DNA of 64,000 bases from Eledone cirrhosa. Taxonomy: Eukaryota. The position numbers and the translations under genes were made by a program. The stretch lies in contig OZ024755.1 of NCBI GenBank assembly GCA_964016885.1, positions 31,496,001 to 31,560,000 on the forward strand. Direction: 5' to 3'. Positions 61,101 to 64,000 of this stretch are shown here, piece after piece. The notes beneath the pieces were generated by a model. The model was not told the DNA's origin. It ran no database searches and worked only from the letters and a program-made list of their open reading frames with translations. Each line of letters begins with the position of its first letter. Positions within the stretch are counted from its first letter, which is position 1.

Positions 61101-61620
61101 GTTGTCCAACGTGACCATTTAGGTCGCCTGCAATAATTATATAGTCACTGTCAGATATTTGGGAGGTAGTTAGCAACAGTGTCTCATAGAATCTGTCTTT
61201 TATAGTGCCGGGCAGTCCGGATTGGGGTGCGTACGCAGATATTACTGTCACCGTAGTTCTATTGAGGACAAGTCTTATTTTAATTATTCTGTCGTTCACT
61301 CTATTTACGTCTATTATCTTATCTGCCCACTTTTCTGCTACCATGATTCCTACTCCACCCAGCCCATCGTCGTTTCCCACCCAGAAAAGCTTATAACATC
61401 GTTTTTTACCCTCAATGAATCTAGCAGACCCACCCCTCCACCTGGTCTGTTGAATACAACAAACATCGACCTCCTTACGTTCAAGCATTTCTACAACCTC
61501 GTTAGCGCGACCCTTTAGGGTGCCTACATTTATGGTACCAACTCTGAAGTTTTGGGTTGCGTTTGGAGGGTGGGGGTGGTGGGGGGGCGGGAGGAGATAG
61601 GGTTATGTTAATATATCCCC
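58150..61620 (-). mobile_element. Long RTE-clade LINE (family 2)
   Basis: Uninterrupted EN-RT-PHD frame, 3' UTR, (tga)n tail; 5' boundary approximate. Confidence 0.9.
58501..61488 (-). CDS. RTE ORF: APE + RT + PHD-type finger; frame stays open upstream of this Met to about 61600
   Basis: Same motifs as 37149..40268 except CIQQTRW. Confidence 0.92.
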   Translation of the reverse strand: MLERKEVDVCCIQQTRWRGGSARFIEGKKRCYKLFWVGNDDGLGGVGIMVAEKWADKIIDVNRVNDRIIKIRLVLNRTTVTVISAYAPQSGLPGTIKDRFYETLLLTTSQISDSDYIIIAGDLNGHVGQHCDGYDEIHGGYGFGTRNEEGSRILEYCDANNLTICNTNFKKRDNHLITYRSGEHTSQVDYILTRRRDRVSVVNTKSLPHEECTSQHRLIISDLTVRTRRTRQQKRTILRRKIWKLKDPTARNKFQSILLDAFDSKEEHLESDNIEGQWKFLKANLLLATDEVCGWSRPVGRRRVTWWWNNRVEGSIKAKKQAWKVWRDGGSRVDYQVARREARREVYLARREAEERKFKHVLQRDDQKREVFRIARQCVKENRDIVGEKCVLNDDGILAITDTDKKVAWKCHYERLLNEENKWEKDSLPHIDPIEGPAVLVEGSIISKAIKDMKTGKAAGPSEIVAEMLKASGTVGHTMVTRIVNQVVQNGVVPKDWHSSIIVNCYKGKGDALDRSNYRGIKLIDQVMKVTEKVIAQLIRERIDLDEMQFGFVSGKSTTDALFIVRQLQEKYLAKGKPLYLAFVDLEKAFDRVPRSIIWWALRKLGVDEWLVRAIQAMYKETVSKVRINNEYSEEFSVKVGVHQGSVLSPLLFIIALQAITEEFKTGCPWELLYADDLTLIAESMAELEKKFQTWKHGLESKGLKINLAKTKVLVCRKENKAAVPSGKWSCSVCRKGVGRNSILCPKCKDWVHKRCSGITGKLTKNIDFTCGRCSGAISSSKCPQNTSSFNCAEGSIEIVDSFRYLGDKISSGGGCSESTVARVRTGWKKFRELIPLLAAKGFSLKMNGRLYDACIRTAMLHGSETWALCAEDIRRLERNEACMLRWMCNSNIRERQSINELRKKLEIRGIRCCLLERRLRWYGHVMRMKVDSCITKCRAIKIDGSHGIGRPRKTWDELINSDLTHLHLSKTMSLDRDLWRYSVTEKTRLASRHL

Positions 61621-62128
61621 ACCTGTGACTCTTTAAAATCTACACGTAAACATAAACACATTTCCTATCTCAGTCTATAGGGTTTCTCTTATATGTTCCA
61701 TGAATTTATCAAAATTTCTCAGTTTGCATAATTGGTCATATATCCTGTAATCCCAGTGTAAATTACATAGGTTTTGAAAATAATGAAGAATTTGGAAAGA
61801 TTAGTAAAATAACTTTCTCATTATTAATCTAGTGTTTGGAACATAACTTAACAAAGGTTCTTGCATAAAATTTTAACTGAAGACTTTTAGATAAATATAA
61901 ATACTTTAAGACAAAGTGTTTTGTATCATAAAACCAAGGAGAGTTTCAAGTGGTTTGATATAAAAAAAAGGGTTGGCAAAGAATTTTGAGGGATTTGCTA
62001 AAATTATTAATTACTAAGTTAGTAAATTAGCATCTAGCTGTTATACTAAATTATGTTTAAATTGGGTGTTTTTATTTGATGGGAGTGGAGGTGGTTTGGA
62101 GCTGGGTTAAAATGAAGAAATGTGTCAC

Positions 62129-62285
62129 CTGTTTTGTGTATTTCTCGACCATCTGGTTGACCTCGATTGGTCGACTGGCATCACTTCTTGGAGTGACGGA
62201 ATTTTCTCCAGGTTTGTTCTTCAGGAGTCCAAGAAGAAGAGTGGCATCTGTCACATTCAAAGGAAGAGCAAGAGTCGAAGTTTCA
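62129..62285 (-). CDS. ZMYND8: ZMYND8 exon ((D)ETSTLALP..VEKYTKQ)
   Basis: ctctttctag acceptor, cag|gtgaca donor, 157 nt phase 2-0; KYT resembles ZMYND8 IAKYTSK. Confidence 0.85.
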
Positions 62286-62353
62286 CTAGAAAGAGAGAAA
62301 ATAGACGACAAAAGAAATAAAATCATCAATATCACCATTACTACTGCCATCAT

Positions 62354-63120
62354 GAGATAACAGTGATGAAATAACAGAAAACAGGAGATAACAGTGATGA
62401 AATAACAGAAAAAAGGAGATAACAGTGATGAAATAACAGAAAACAAGAGATAACAGTGATGAAATAACAGAAAACAGGAGATAACAGTGATGAAATAACA
62501 GAAAACAGGAGATAACAGTGATGAAATAACAGAAAACAAGAGATAACAGTGATGAAATAACAGAAAACGAGATAACAGTGATGAAATAACAGAAAACAAG
62601 AGATAACAGTGATGAAATAACAGAAAACAAGAGATAACAGTGATGAAATAACAGAAAACAAGAGATAACAGTGATGAAATAACAGAAAACGAGATAACAG
62701 TGATGAAATAACAGAAAACAAGAGATAACAGTGATGAAATAACAGAAAACAAGAGATAACAGTGATGAAATAACAGAAAACAAGAGATAACAGTGATGAA
62801 ATAACAGAAAACGAGATAACAGTGATGAAATAACAGAAAACAAGAGATAACAGTGATGAAATAACAGAAAACAGGAGATAACAGTGATGAAATAACAGAA
62901 AACAGGAGATAACAGTGATGAAATAACAGAAAACAAGAGATAACAGTGATGAAATAACAGAAAACAAGAGATAACAGTGATGAAATAACAGAAAACGAGA
63001 TAACAGTGATGAAATAACAGAAAACAAGAGATAACAGTGATGAAATAACAGAAAACAAGAGATAACAGTGATGAAATAACAGAAAACAGGAGATAACAGT
63101 AATGAAATAACAGAAAGAAA
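62354..63120. repeat. 29/31-bp minisatellite, about 25 copies
   Basis: gagataacagtgatgaaataacagaaaacaa. Confidence 0.96.
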
Positions 63121-63128
63121 AAACATAC

Positions 63129-63462
63129 TCTGTAGTAGATTTGACATCAACATTTTTATTTACTGCAGAAGTTGATGTCTTGGTAGCAGGTTTCCTGCCA
63201 GTGTTACGTACATTGCCTGAACTAGGATTTAAACCGGGATCAAAGATCTGTAAGTCAACGGAAGATTTATCTATTATTTGGTGATTCACCAATGGTAGAG
63301 TCACCTGTTTCTGTACTTTAGGAAGAGGTCGGAATGCCGACATTTGAGAGTCAGAAAGGCTGCGAAAGCTGGTGTTTTTCTTTGGTGGGGATGACAATAT
63401 AAAAGATAGCTGGTTGTTGTTTACTGCTATTGGTAAATTACTGACTGTCGAACCTGACTTAT
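63129..63462 (-). CDS. ZMYND8: ZMYND8 exon ((D)KSGSTVSN..DVKSTT); gene continues beyond the window
   Basis: ctatttcag acceptor, ga|gtatgt donor, 334 nt phase 1-2. Confidence 0.8.
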
Positions 63463-63599
63463 CTGAAATAGAGAGGGTGTGTATATTATATAGCAGGGTC
63501 AGTGTATACAGAAGAACTATCAAAAACTGGAAATATATATAGCATGGCCAATGTATATAGCATGGATAGTGTATATAAAAGTATATTTAACATCCGTAT

Positions 63600-64000
63600 A
63601 TATAAGGTGGTAGTGCTGGTACCATGATAAAATACACCCAATACACTCTGTAAAGCGATAGTGCTGGTGCTGTAATAAGATGCACCCAATACATTCTGTA
63701 AAATGGTACTGATGGGGCTACAATACACCCAATACATCCCATAAAGAGTTAGTGCTGGTGCCATAATAAAATGCACCTTGTAGACTGTGTAAAGTGGTAG
63801 TGCTGGTGCCATAATAAAATGCACCTTGTAGACTGTGTAAAGTGGTAGTGCTGGTGCCATAATAAAATGCACCTTGTAGACTGTGTAAAGTGGTAGTGCT
63901 GGTGCCATAATAAAATGCACCTTGTAGACTGTGTAAAGTGGTAGTGCTGGTGCCATAATAAAATGCACCTTGTAGACTGTGTAAAGTGGTAGTGCTGGTG
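63600..64000. repeat. 48-bp minisatellite related to the SINE/LINE subrepeat
   Basis: ggtgccataataaaatgcaccttgtagactgtgtaaagtggtagtgct. Confidence 0.9.

Overview
Eukaryotic (metazoan) genomic DNA, AT-rich and extremely repeat-dense; the RTE LINE/SINE and microsatellite landscape resembles an octopus-like cephalopod (inference). Two spliced host genes lie in tandem on the minus strand, reconstructed by hand from GT-AG exons whose phases all join. One is the 3' half of a ZMYND8/PRKCBP1 orthologue (9 exons, 63462->35617, with coiled coil and MYND finger). The other is an apparently complete LKAAEAR1-like gene (5 coding exons, 19154->2579). Introns and intergenic DNA hold an intact RTE-clade LINE (APE + RT with an embedded C4HC3 PHD-type finger), a near-identical truncated sister copy, a second long RTE with a mutated endonuclease Glu, many RTE fragments, two tRNA-derived SINE families, and Helitron, Mariner, piggyBac-like and RLE-retrotransposon relics, plus about 20 minisatellites. 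Signals not explained by the ORF track: (i) four unrelated families of hammerhead-ribozyme motifs, several in the sense strand of host introns or in Penelope-like inverted repeats; (ii) minisatellites that are tandem arrays of splice sites abutting real exons (about 23 donors after the ZMYND8 MYND exon, about 18 acceptors before an LKAAEAR1 exon). Most long ORFs in the track outside the LINEs are repeat artefacts.
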